Of a stretch of DNA of 64,000 nt, positions 51,566-64,000 are shown piece by piece. This DNA is from Podarcis filfolensis (Eukaryota): assembly GCA_964270895.1 (NCBI GenBank), contig OZ185438.1, one strand, 5' to 3'. The notes under the pieces are model-generated. The model saw nothing but the letters and a program-made list of their open reading frames with translations, had not been told where the DNA came from and did not search any database. Position 1 is the first letter of the stretch. Each line of letters starts with the position of its first letter. The position numbers and the translations under genes are program-made.

Positions 51566-51759
51566 TTTTGTTTTTGTTTTTCCATCCATGTCTATAAAAT
51601 TTCTAGTACAGTTCTAGGTGAAAGACAAACAATAACACTCCCCCAAAAATATGAACACAGGGATTCATTTGAGATATTTTTATTCAGAGCCTAGCATTCT
51701 GTAATTAGAATTTTAAAAAACAACAGCTTAAGCAAATTCCATACAAGTAGGTAAATGTT

Positions 51760-51970
51760 GCTTCAGGTTGCATACGCTTCAGGTTACAGAGTCCGCTAAC
51801 CCAGAAATAGTACCTCGGGTTAAGAACTTCAGGATGAGAACAGAAATCGTGCGGCGGTGCAGCAGCAGCTGGAGCCCCCATTAGCTAAAGTGGTGCTTCA
51901 GGTTAAGAACAGTTTCAGGTTAAGAACGGACCTCCAGAATGGATTAAATACGTAACCAGAGGTACCACAG
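51760..51970 (-). mobile_element. Tigger-like MITE family A, copy 6 (reverse, left TIR lost)
   Basis: Internal homology; right end TAACCAGAGGTACCACAG followed by TA. Confidence 0.85.
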
Positions 51971-52379
51971 TATTTGAAGTATCTTTAAAATCTCCCAGAA
52001 GCAAAAAAGCATACATTTTGGTAATAACTCTTTGAAGAACAGTAGCACTAAATACACATTCCAGTTATGTCTCAACTTCCTTCCAGCATGGGATTTGAGT
52101 AGGCATACATACAGTAGGGTTCTCAGAATATCTTCTAAGATTGGGCAGGGGGCTGAGCTTTAACACTGAGACTTAACAAAGCAACCTGGCTTCAGTGGGT
52201 AAAAGCAATAATGCATCTCATTATACTGTAAAACCAAAAACCACATACTTTATATATTTTTAATCAGAGTAGTTTGAAGGCCTTCTCTACCCTCAGGTCT
52301 AGGAAATCCTTCTCTATCTTGTCTCATTCCCGCAAAGTGATCTTCCACATAGATTATTCCACATGCCCTACAAGACTAG

Positions 52380-53509
52380 CTTCTTACCGCCTCACCAACG
52401 TGAGGATCCAGGGCACAACCCTTCAATGGCTGCACTCGTTTCTCTCCGGTCAGGGACAGAAGGTGGTGCTTGGGGGGGGGGCCGTCTTCGTGCTAATCCT
52501 TGGTGTGTGGAGTGCCGAAGGGTGTGATATTCTCCCCAATGCTTTTTAACATCTTTATGTGCCCCCTTGCCCAGCTTGTCCAGAGTTTTGGTTTGGGTTG
52601 CCATCAGTATGCTGATGACACCCAACTCTATCTGTTGATGGGGAGCCAACTCCCATCTCTTGCGGTGGAGCAATTAGTGCCAGCCCATCCGTTAAGAGTT
52701 TGGGTATAATCTTCGACACCTCCCTTTCTATGCAGGCGCAGGTTGCAACTATAACAAAGGTGGCATTTTTTCATCTCTGCCAAGCTAAGCAGTTGGCTCC
52801 TTACCTCTCTTGCCCCGACCTAGCCACTGTGATCCACGCGACGGTCACCTCCAGGCTTGATTATTGCAACTGACTCTACGTGGGGCTGCCCTTGGACTGA
52901 CCCAGAAACTCCAGCGGGTGCAGAATGCCGCAGCAACATTCCTTACAGGGTCCTCGCCGTGGGATCACATTCACCCAGTGCTACACCAGCTGCACTGGCT
53001 CCTGGTGGAGTACAGGATCAGGTTTAAGGTGCTGGTTTTAACCTTTAAAGCTCTATGCGGCCTAGGACCCTCATACCAACAGGACCACCTCTCCTGGTAT
53101 GTCCCACGGAGGACCTTACGGTCTTCAAATAAAAACATCTTGAAGATCCCAGGACACAGGGAGATTCGGCTGGCCTCGACCAGAGCCAGGGCTCTTTCAG
53201 CTGTGGCCTCGATCTGCTGGAACACTCTTGTCACAAGAGACTTGGGCCCTGCAGGACTTGACATCTTTCCACAGGGCCTGCAAGACAGAGCTGTTCCGCC
53301 AGGCCTTTGACCAAGGCACAGTTTGACCCCCTCTCTCCTCCTGTAATCCTCATAGAACTCTAACCCAATGGTTGCCATTAATTTGATTCTGAATTGATTT
53401 TAGAATGTATTTTAATTAATTGACTGTGTGATTTTATGTACACTGTGCTATTTTTACTTGTTAGCCACTCTGAGCCCGGCTTTGGCCGGGGAGGGCAGGA
53501 TACAAATAA

Positions 53510-53550
<41 letters not shown>
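52380..53550 (+). mobile_element. L2 LINE, 5'-truncated, RT domain to (ATT)n tail, with internal deletion
   Basis: LQWLHSFLSG, GVPKGVIFSPMLFNI, HQYADDTQLY, QNAAA, LHWL motifs; frameshifts; (ATT)n tail 53511-53550. Confidence 0.92.
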
Positions 53551-54329
53551 GGCATAAACTTTCATGGACCATGACTGTCTTTAAGGTAAGTCCACACATC
53601 ACATGAAAGTTCTCACCTTTCACCCATTCCAAAGACTAACCCAGTCTTTAAGGGGAGGGGGGCTTTTCAGCCCTCTTTCCAAAAGTTACCAGAAGGTCTG
53701 GACCAATACTCTGTGGCACAGTACTACTGTTAACATAATAATTATATGATCAGCATTTTTCTTCAGGGTCAACACTGACAACAAAAGTTGTATCTCTTGG
53801 CCAAGGAGCTTTTAGAGAGCGACTATTTTATACATATGCATTGCCATATGATTCTTTGTGCTGGCAAATGGATGTTAGTTCAAAAGTCATGCCTCTTTAG
53901 AAACATGTTTTATTGGTAAAATATAACTGATTAAACATTTTGGTGGGCTAATTAACTCAGGGTTATATTTATGTGCTAATGTGATTGCTTCCTTTATAAT
54001 TTTGCATGTAAACCTGTACCCAGTTGACTCCTAAGCGCAGTGTTCATGTTATCTAGCCTGCCATTTCGCCTCTTTATAGCAGTATCTCTGGTCATAACAG
54101 AAAAGGCATTGCAGAAAGCTCTGCAGATCTTGACTGACTGCATTTGAGGAAAAACACTTCAGTCAAGTTTACCTTTTGTAAGTACAATTCACTAGGCTTG
54201 ACCTGTTTCACACATGCAATACTCTCTAGCTGTTTCTGTGCTTTCCCATGATTTGGACCTACATGCAGCGCAGTTGTTGTTCCAGTAGAATTGTCAAAGA
54301 ATGGCAATAATTCACACCAAATTGTAATA

Positions 54330-54463
54330 CAGTGGACCCTCTAGTTACATACCGCTCTGGACGCGTACCTTTCGGGTTACAAACACAGCAAACCTGCCTA
54401 CAGACTTTTTGGTTGTGGACGGATCTCTGGAATGAATTTAATTCATATCTGGAGGGTCCACTG
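54330..54463. mobile_element. Short Tigger-like MITE, family C
   Basis: Perfect 12-bp TIR CAGTGGACCCTC/GAGGGTCCACTG; TA left, TC right. Confidence 0.7.
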
Positions 54464-55799
54464 TCCACCTTTCTTGCAAGGTCGAGAAAAGTATAACTCT
54501 GGAAACTGAATAACACATGATTCACTGATTTGGAATGATCACTCCCAATGTGGTGTAAATGAATTAGCAGTTTAGCACATAATGGACCTTATCATCTTTC
54601 CCAGTCAGGAAAGTTTCCATGTTGACAAATTGTTCAGATTTTTCAAACTGTGGGGGGGGGGGCATGTAAAGTTTGTTCATCATTCTGTGTGCTGGCTAAG
54701 ACAGAGTCTGAATGAGAACAATCCACTCATCCTTAGAATTCTGAAAACTGAGGAGCATTGCTGGAGCTTTGAATAAAAATATTGTATAATCATTGAGAGA
54801 GCATCCTATCTGTGTAATATGCAGCCTTAGAGAATTTTTCAGCACCATGTACTACTTTACTGTATTTTGTCATAATATGTTAAAACACAGCTAGTTGCTA
54901 ACTGTTATGGACCACGCTTGCATTTTCACAACTGGAAAATATTTCAGCGCATGCATTAAGTTGAAATGAATCTTCCAAATTGGTTCAGACAATTAGCTGG
55001 AATGAAGGACCAATAGCCTATAACTGAGCCATAGTAGTTGCTATATCATATCGGGTTTCTGGCTCAGCAAATAATGAATTCTGTCTACAATATAAAGGCC
55101 AGAACCAGATGTTTCAATGAAAGAAGCTGGATCCCTGCAGTTTTTAACTGTGTAGTATGCAAACCATTCCATGTAAGCATAACGCTTCTCTTTTGTATCA
55201 TGATACCAAACTGGAAAAGCTCCCTCTTACTTTTATAGGCTTTGGATCAAGCAATTAGAAGTTGTGGCTTATGGAACCAGAATCATGCCCATAATTAAAT
55301 ATTGTTTACCTGATGATTGCATGAGCAACAAATTACCATTTTGTTTTTATTTATTTATTTATTTTGAGATTATGGTTTAATGCCAGTGATCAAACAGATT
55401 TCCTTGCAGAGAGAGAAAATAATCTCAAAGTTGCCTTGATAAATTAAACTTCAGGAAATGAATAACCTTTGTAGCTGTAGCTCATTTATCTCTGTTTCAC
55501 TTGTGCTTTAGTATGCATGTTCTGCCTTCTGAGTCAAGAGAGCTAGTTATTATAGCAAAAAGCAGCTATACAAATCTGCCATGTTCCTATTTTCTTTTAA
55601 GGAATAGTTTTAATGAATGAATAATAAAAGCTTTCTGGACTTCACATTCACTAAGATTTTTCCTCTTGATGCCAAGTCATATGACTTTTTATCCTTTTCC
55701 CCCACATGGTCCGTCGTCTAATTAAAAGATAGCCATTGAAGCTTTTCATCGTAGGGTAGTTGGTTCCATTATTAAGTGTACTCTGTGTACACATAACAG

Positions 55800-55828
55800 T
55801 CTTTCTTTCTTTCTTTCTTTCTTTCTTT
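55800..55828. repeat. (CTTT)n microsatellite
   Basis: Direct reading. Confidence 0.9.
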
Positions 55829-56670
55829 TATTGCCATTTATATATATAAAAAAAATATCCAACACTATCTTAAGAGTACTGAAGTTGTAAATCTGTGGCA
55901 GGCATGACCCTTGTAGGATTTCTCCTATATTTTCCACAGTATTTCCAATCAGAGTGTTTATGCTACAGTTCAGTGCTGTGATCATGTCAGAGGTTTCGAT
56001 TATTTTGTGACAAGCTTCAGTGGTGAAAGAAGAGTTATTTGAAAGACAGCTTCTTTTTGTGCATCTAGTAGTCATGACTCATTATAAAGTCACGTGGTGT
56101 GTGGTGAATGAAAACAGAAAAGAAAGGGGTGAAAGTATTTGTTTGTCTAGACTCCAGTTCAGATACCATGTCAAATCATAAATGCAAACAAGTTTCATGT
56201 GGTCTCATGATAGAACCATAGTGAATATTTTTTTAAGTCTAGTATCAGATTTGAAATAATTGATAAACTCTAGCCTCCTTTAGACCTTCAAAAAGAATGT
56301 GTGAGGGGAGGACAATAGAAAGGAACGTGCCCTGGGCACTCTCCCTGCACTCCAACCTTCTTGTATTGAGTGGATGAGGAACTGGAAATTTTGCCAGCCT
56401 TAAGCTTGTTTTACAATTTGTTTAATAAAAATACAATTATTGTGCTATGTGTGTGACATAAGCTGGTGATATCCAGCGTTAGAAATACTCTGAGTAAACC
56501 CTTTGAAATTGTTTTTAATATCTTTCTCTAAAATAGTAAAAACCTGCAAATATTTAAGAAATTTATACTCTATCCTTAATCAATCAATATGCTTTTTTGG
56601 GTTGTAGCATAATAAACATTATCTAACAAACATTAGTTAGAAGCCATCTAAATAAGAAATAAAAAAATTA

Positions 56671-56901
56671 CAGTGGTACCTCTGGTTACGTACTTAATTT
56701 GTTCCGGAAGTCCATTCTTAACCTGAAACTGTTCTTATCCTGAAGCACCACTTTAGCTAATGGGGCCTCCTGCTGCCGCCACACAATTTCTGTTCTCATC
56801 CTGAAGCAAAGTTCTTAACCAGACGTATTATTTCTGGGTTAGCGGAGTCTGTAACCTGAAGCGTATGTAACCTGAAGCGTATGTAACCCGAGGTACCACT
56901 G
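56671..56901 (+). mobile_element. Tigger-like MITE family A, copy 7
   Basis: TIRs, TA duplication. Confidence 0.9.
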
Positions 56902-57505
56902 TATTTCCATTTGTAATTATTGACATCATATTTTAGGGGAAATTTAAATCAATGCACACTGTGCATGGGGTCTTCTCTCTAAAGTAGTGGTCAATTTAGT
57001 CTCACACATTATTTGGCTTTTTGTCAAAGTTGGGGGCGAACCTCCAGAAGGGAAGAGCCCTACCCTGGTGGAGTTTTGGGCAAAAGCGACTTCCCATTCC
57101 CACCAAACCTTCATATGCAGCAAGAATGTTGATCACGTGGAGTTCTGCTCATTTGCTGGAGTTGGTCTCTTTGGTTTTCAACATATTTTAAGAACTGAAA
57201 TATATTGTTGGCTGTCAGCCTTGCTTCCCCGTGTCTAGAGGTTGAAATGAACGCTTCATTCATTGCCACCTTGAAAGAGGGCTAATTAGGTAATTGTCTC
57301 TAATAAAACGATGCCTTCGTTGAGAACAATCTTGTATCTGAAGTGCACAAGTTTCATCCTCATTGATTAGAAAGGTGTGCCAAAATCTTGTGGCTTTTCA
57401 GCTGCTGATATTGTTATGCTGATTTACAAAAATGTGTATTTTCCCCCCTGAAATCTATGATGCTGTTTTCTTATATCATACATTCTGAAATGCTCCCGTG
57501 AGGTG

Positions 57506-57913
57506 TGTTGGGAATCTGAATACGTGCAGCTTCACACACAGAGTCAATTAGGTTTGGCCGACAGCCAAAGCAGTGTGAAGGAGTGTAATCTGCCGGGTGA
57601 TACAGAGGCATGGAGACAGCTCCATGATTGGTCAAGCTCTCTCACGGGAATAATGATTTATGGCCTACTAACTGGAATGTGTTAGTTCAGGGTTCAGTAG
57701 GAGTTGGAGGTTGAGAGTTGTGAGTCGTGTAAGAGAGAGCTAGTCAAAGATCCGTGTTCTGTTCTGTTCCTGTAAATAGTCCATTGTATATAATAAACAC
57801 CTTTAACTATAAGTTCCTGGTTTCCGCTTCGTCCATCCTGTCTGCAGCCAGGTGCCAATTGCTTTCGTGAACTTTGCATATACTCTGCTAGGTCTGGCTA
57901 AGGTCCTGCAACT
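57506..57913 (+). mobile_element. Degraded solo LTR-like element
   Basis: TGTTG...CAAC(T) ends, TGTAAATA and AATAAA followed by a pyrimidine-rich U5-like segment; TSD not resolvable. Confidence 0.5.
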
Positions 57914-60659
57914 AGTTCATATTCTTACTTTACTATATTTCATTTTGTGATTTTAAAAAATATGTATAGTGCTAGGCCGACTTCAGGTGTTTTGTCATAT
58001 TGTTATTGTCTTACTGATAATAAATGCAAATACTTCTACTCTGAAGTTGGCCTACTGCTCAAACACTGCTGATTCATTGACTGAAACATATGTCTCATTC
58101 TATGTCCTCCTTACCTTTCCTCATCATCTACAGTCCATTCCCCACCTATGTCCCCTGTCACACCTATTCCTCTTTGCTTTCTTTTTAGGGCACATTCTTC
58201 ACTTAAAGAACACAGCTTGTTCCTGATACCAATTGGTTCCAGGCATCAGATGCACCCCAACTACTAACCTTGTCTTGTCCTGGATTTTGTCTTTGCCTTT
58301 CATCCTTCGAACACACTTCTCAGCTACTGATGATCACACAGACCATCCCTTTGTGCTGTCCACATGCTTTACCAGCTTGATGGGATGTCAAGAAATTTCA
58401 AATGCTTCAAACAAAAAAATCAATAATCTCCTTTAAAATTCCACTAATTCCCAGTGAAAATCAAGGCCTGCTGATGCACAGCTGGCCTGTTAAACATGCT
58501 TAGCCGACTGCTCAGAACTGATTTCCACAGTAATCAAATAACAAAATAATCAATGTACTCTAACTTCATATGCCCTTCAGGGTCTTTTGCCATGTGAGTC
58601 ATTAGCAGAACCTCTCTGTGCATATTCTGCTTTGATCATCCTCAGTGGGCAGCTCATAGCATGACTGCCCACTCCCCAAGAGGAATTATTAGGCTAAGAC
58701 CCTGCATTTTTCTACCCTTACTGTATAACTTGAAATAAACAGCTAACCTTCTTCTAGGTAATATAAACAGGCTGAAAAAGTGTTAATTTTTGTACATGAT
58801 TCCTACATATAATGCAGACATTTTTGCTATAAATATATTATTTGTTAATACTCATAATTTCATGCATCACTTTGTATTATCAGGCACTGATAACATTAAA
58901 TGCCACAGGAAATTAGCTTTCTTGCTGTCTTCCAAGATCATTACCCTTATTGAGAATTCAGGTGTGCCTCCTCACTGTACATGGCCCACATAAGAGGAGC
59001 CTTTCTACTGGACTAGACAGAGTCCTGCCTAGTTCAGCATCCTGATCTTTATAAAGAAATTTATAAGGATTGTGTCATTCCTAGCTCTTTTAGAAAAAAA
59101 CGAATATACACAGAACATTTAATATGTACTTGGAAAACTCTAAATTGTGAACATATGTCTTTTCATCCCAGTGTTTCACAGCGGCACTCGCATTAAGGAT
59201 GTAGACCGAGTAATGGTTGCTGCCAGTTCAACGGCAAACAAATTTGTAATCATGTTGTTGCAAAATGTCTGCTGAGCAAGATTCCAAGGGGTTTCAGGTG
59301 CTCACCCAGAATCTGTGCTCCTTTGAGAATCAAGACAATGGTGGAGGCTGTCACAGCTTTAAGAAATGTGATTTATTCACATATTTACACCAGCATGGTC
59401 ACCTCAAGAGGGACTTGTTCCTCATAGGAGTACAGCATTGGAGTCCAAGGCATCTTTCCCAGCTTCCCTTTAGCCAGCCTGTCTTTTCTGACCTCCCTTC
59501 TTGTTCCCAGCTAAAAACACTTTTTTCCTTCACCACAACACACATCACCTTGGCAAACTGTCTGCCCAGGCCCAAGGATTTCTCTTAGATGGGTCATCAA
59601 CACATTAAGTCGTGTTAATAGCTTTGCTCTGCAGCTGGCATTTCTCCCTTCATAACAAAATCAAATAATCAAAATCCTATTAATTTCTAACATGTGAAGC
59701 TCCTTAAAAGAGAGTATGCTATTTGGAAACTACGTGGAATAAAGAAGATGAAAAGGAAAGGCAAAACTGGAGCCTTGTAAAAGGGTTTTAATCCATGCCC
59801 TTAGGTTCTGCATTAAGGCTTCTTCTGGGCATCTGGTTGGGACTGTGAGAATATACTTGTCTCCTTTACAAATACCAGCATCTGAAGTATTGTTACTTGT
59901 GTAACCCTTAAAGAAGTCCCAGAAACAGCTCTCTTGTATATGTGGGCAGAAGAAATAGTACCACTATGGAATTCTGATTGGTTCAACGTCTGTACTTGGT
60001 TTGTTAGGCAATTAGCCTGTAATATTAGACCATCAGTTGCTAACTGATTGATTTAATCCAGAAATCCAAGTCACAAAATCAACGAGCTTTATTAAAAACC
60101 ATAGTAATGAACTGTAGCAATTGATTTGCAAATCAATACCTCATCCTATCAATTGCTTCAGTGTTTTTTTGCATTCTTGCTCTATTTTACATTTCTGTTC
60201 TTTGAGCCACTGCTATGGTTCACATTTTCTTTTTTTAGTTGTATTCATTCATGTTGTTCCCATATACTGCAAAAAGAATTCCCAAGGTACTTCTTTAGAT
60301 CATGCTATTTACATTTATAAATTCATATACTGTGTTTGTCACCGGCTTCAAAAGGGTCAAATTCCTGGGATTAGCTTTCCTGATACTATCTGTTCTAATT
60401 CTCAGCTTCACCCATTGCTTTTTAAACAGTTGACTGATGAGATGCTTTAGAACAACTCCTGGGAAATCAAGACATCAGGGGACCAAGCTCCCTCTGGGGC
60501 GAGGTTATTGACTTAGGCCAGTGTTCTTCCACCTTTCCATATCAAGTATACCATCTGTAATGTGGGATCAACTTTTCTCCTTTTTCTAGGCCAAACTAGG
60601 TACCTCCTTTGAAAATATCCCCCAGTGTTTACTTCCCAGGGCAAATAGCAGCATGAGGC

Positions 60660-61382
60660 ATGAAGGACCAGGTGCGCAGCCTGGGAGTCATTTTGGACTC
60701 ACAGCTGTCCATGGAGGCACAGGTCAAATCTGTGTCCAGGGCAGCTGTTTACCAGCTCCATCTGGTACGTAGGCTGAGACCCTATCTGCCTGTGGACTGT
60801 CTCGCCAGAGTGGTGCATGCTCTGGTTATCTCCCGCTTGGACTACTGCAATGCACTCTACGTGGGGCTACCTTTGAAGGTGACTCGGAAACTACAACTAA
60901 TCCAGAATGCGGCAGCTAGACTGGTGACTGGGGGCGGCCGCCGAGACCATATAACACCGGTCTTGAAAGACCTACATTGGCTCCCAGTACGTTTCCGAGC
61001 ACAATTCAAAGTGTTGGTGCTGAGCTTTAAAGCCCTAAACGGCCTCGGTCCAGTATACCTGAAGGAGCGTCTCCACCCCCATCACTCTGCCCGGACGCTG
61101 AGGTCCAGCGCCGAGGGCCTTCTGGCGGTTCCCTCATTGCGAGAAGCAAAGCTACAGGGAACCAGACAGAGGGCCTTCTCGGTAGTGGCGCCCGCCCTGT
61201 GGAACGCCCTTCCAGCAGATGTCAAAGCGATAAACAACTACCTGACATTCAGAAGACATCTTAAGGCAGCCCTGTTCAGGGAAGTTTTTAACGTGTGATA
61301 TTTTACTGTATTTTTGGTTTTTATGGAAGCCGCCCAGAGTGGCTGGGGAGGCCCAGCCAGATGGGCGGGGTATAAATAATAA

Positions 61383-61424
<42 letters not shown>
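60660..61424 (+). mobile_element. Young 5'-truncated L2 LINE (uninterrupted 212-aa ORF2 C-terminus, 3' UTR, (ATT)n tail)
   Basis: SLGVILDSQLSM, SRLDYCNALYVGLP, QNAAARL, LHWLP motifs; ORF open to its stop at 61298; many CpGs retained. Confidence 0.93.
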
Positions 61425-62012
61425 GAAACTATGGCAGGGAAGGGGTTAAACATTCACACAAACACAAGTTATGATCATAGACATGTTAAATATAACAATG
61501 CATTTGATCTCATGTCATTCCATCCCCCTTTCTCCTTCTCACTATCAGTGTTGATGTAGTATAAGGAGCAGGGACTTAGGTGAGGGCATTCCCTATTTCC
61601 CTAAATAAAAATCAAGGCACTGCCAATGATCTCACTAGGGATGTGTTCCAATTGGAGCAAAACCATAATATCTTAGGAGACCTGAGTAAATCAACTAAAA
61701 GCAAATTAATTAATTTCTTACAATATTGAGATGTGGGGATTATTGTGTTAGTTTTCCTGCTTATAATGCTAGTCTTTATGTTCAAGTCTATTAATATTGC
61801 TTTTACACTGCATTTCCTGTTGCTGTATGGAACTGTGAATTTTTTTATTGATATACTGCCATGTTGGGCTAAAATTCATCCATACAAGTGGGCATGGTGT
61901 GACACAACATCAGACATCACAGGACATGTTTTGGATCCAGGCACAGTCAAGCCATGGACGTTGCAGCCAAGGTATGCTAAAGTTGCAGTAACCAAAGCAC
62001 AACCAACTGTTA

Positions 62013-62247
62013 CAGTGGTACCATGGGTTACGAACTTAATTCATTCCGGAGGTCTGTTCTTAACCTGAAACCGTTCTTACCCTGAGGTACCACTTCAGCT
62101 AATGGGGCCTCCTGTTGTTGCTCCTGCCGCCGCACCGCCAGCGCACAATTTCTGTTCTTATCCTGGGGCAAAGTTCTTAACCCGAGGTACTACTTCCGGG
62201 TTAGCGGAGTTTGTAACCCGAGGTGTTTGTAACCCAAGGTTCCACTG
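62013..62247 (+). mobile_element. Tigger-like MITE family A, copy 8 (variant subfamily)
   Basis: CAGTGGTACCATGGGTTAC/GTAACCCAAGGTTCCACTG, TA duplication. Confidence 0.88.
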
Positions 62248-62339
62248 TATTTAAACAGGCCACAACTTTATGAATTACAGATGTTTAGCATGTTTTGGCG
62301 TAGGCATTGGGTGTGTATCTTAAGCCCTGCCTTTGGATT

Positions 62340-62430
62340 TCCCAGGGGCATCTATTTATTGTACTGTGGGAAACAGAAGGCTGGACCAGATGGACCATTA
62401 GTCCAATCCAGTAGGGCTCTTTTTATTATC
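62340..62430 (+). mobile_element. CR1-type 3' end remnant
   Basis: GGCTGGACCAGATGGACCATTAGTCCAATCCAGTAGGGCTCTT, homologous to 19130-19186. Confidence 0.55.
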
Positions 62431-63711
62431 ATTTGCCAACAGGTGTAATAGAGGAGTAATCAATAAACCTGCCTTTCAAGATTTAAATCACATATCTTTA
62501 CCATCTTTCCACAATATACCTTATATCAGCTGGAAATGGTACACAGGACTTTCACTTGGTTGTCTGAAATTAAACTTGGCAGTAGTGAAATTAAATATGA
62601 ACTGGAACTAAATAAAACATTGAAGATGCACATTCTGAAACGGGGGATCAATAGGAACCCTCTTCAGAAGTTGTATATTTGCATGCATAATTTAACCCTG
62701 TCAAACTTGGTGCATGTTAATACTAGTAACTGAAGACTTCTGTGCATCTTCATAAATTCCTTTGCAATTCCCCATAATATATAGTGCCAATGTGATCATC
62801 ATAGCCAATGAATCCAGTTAGAAGACTTGTTTGTTTTGTCAGCTAATTACTGTGCTGCTTTGGCAGAATTCCAGCATACTAATTATTAGCGATGAGTGTA
62901 TCAGTTAGTCGTTGTGGGATCTGTTAAAACCATCAAAATATTCATTCCCTTACAGGTTTTTAAAGTGCAGTGTAATGCACAAAGAAGGGAAGTAAAATGA
63001 AGATTCTGCTTATTCTGCTTAATAGGCTTATGGGTGACTTGTATCCTGGGCACTTGATAGCAGGATATTTTAGTTGTTTAGAGTAAACAAAACACCTAAA
63101 TAGGTTTAATGGAATTAAAAGTGTGGTGTGTAATAAATTGAAAAGCTAGGACCATGCCTCATGCTACTGACAATGGGGAGGGGATGGCTTCTAAAAGCCT
63201 CTCCTCCCCCTTCCTCATCTGAAATGCCATGCAAATGAGTCCTTGGAATCTTCACAGGGAGCCTGATGAGCTGCCATACCTAGTGTGTTGATCTTCCCTT
63301 AACAGAAATCATTATCTATCCTCTGACTCAAGTCATCTCTTGTTAACCAAGCTGTCATGTCTTCTGCATGTTTGACCAGAGGGGATAGATGAGTTATTGT
63401 CTTTGTTCGTAAGGTAGCATTCTTCTAAAAAAAATAAACTTAACTAGAGCCACCATTGATAATCTACACAAAAACAGATTTAGTGGAAGAAAATATGTGA
63501 GCTATCATGTTTAATGAAAAAGATGGCTGTTGGAATGATCCCATCAGATTCTCTCAGAACATTTTCTTTTTAGTCCTGATAGAATTAATGTTATTCTCTG
63601 GAACTAGAAGAAAACATCCTAGAAACATTTCTAGCTGGATCTTAAGCATTTTTGGTCCATCTGTACATGTGGAAGTTTTCATCTTCAGCTATACATTTTG
63701 TAGGTGTAGTG

Positions 63712-63721
63712 TCTGTCTGTC

Positions 63722-63758
<37 letters not shown>
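63712..63758. repeat. (TCTG)n(TG)n microsatellite
   Basis: Direct reading. Confidence 0.9.
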
Positions 63759-63761
<3 letters not shown>

Positions 63762-64000
63762 AGGGGAACCATGGTTTTCTGGCACTTTTCCAAGCATTAA
63801 AACCCAGTTCTAGACTTATATAGCGCAATTGCTTTTAATGAAACTTTTTCGTCCAAAATAAAAAGTCTCCCAGCCCAATTCTATGCATACAACTTTTTCC
63901 ATTGGGACTTATTTTTATGTAAGTATGGACAGGACTGCTGCCTGTTTGAACTTATGTTCCAGTTCAGTAAAAGTGTTACCGGTGAATTCATTACACAATT

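Noticed and set aside
56987-57238. 83-aa ORF in GC-richer unique sequence
   Set aside because: No recognisable domain in the frames examined on either strand and no convincing splice sites
60660-61298. Longest ORF (212 aa) as a host or domesticated gene
   Set aside because: It is the C-terminus of L2 ORF2; the ATG is fortuitous at the 5' truncation point and the L2 3' UTR and tail follow
286-63800. Remaining 60-140 aa ORFs in the track
   Set aside because: Lengths and compositions match chance ORFs in intronic DNA, microsatellites or TE antisense strands; no other IL1RAPL1 exon was found in the window

Overview
Vertebrate genomic DNA from a squamate, most likely a lacertid lizard (judged from the Sauria SINEs and the transposon set). 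The window is almost entirely intronic. It holds one clear host coding exon: a 75-nt, phase 1/1, + strand exon at 35077-35151 ([24 protein letters not shown]). I recognise this as IL1RAPL1, the Ig2-Ig3 linker exon (exon 6 in human numbering). So 1-35076 would be intron 5 and 35152-64000 intron 6. The rest is a dense TE landscape: 8 copies of one Tigger/pogo-like MITE family plus 2 relatives, 2 Tc2-like non-autonomous elements, 4 palindromic hAT MITEs with 8-bp TSDs, 3 clean solo LTRs plus 1 degraded, and L2, CR1, L1 and RTE-X-like LINE remnants, Sauria and Squam3-like SINEs, a Penelope-like fragment and microsatellites. None of the other ORF-track entries looks like a host gene; the longest are L2 ORF2 remnants. 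Best leads: (1) an 812-bp insertion with TTT target duplication and unusual inverted-repeat architecture, possibly DIRS/Ngaro-like, nested in a MITE; (2) a hammerhead-ribozyme motif whose CUGA core overlaps its own target-site duplication; (3) an antisense segment near the exon that resembles the preceding IL1RAPL1 exon; (4) candidate poison or terminal cassette exons. Family names come from recalled consensus features, not a database search. No clearly new biological system could be demonstrated from the sequence alone.
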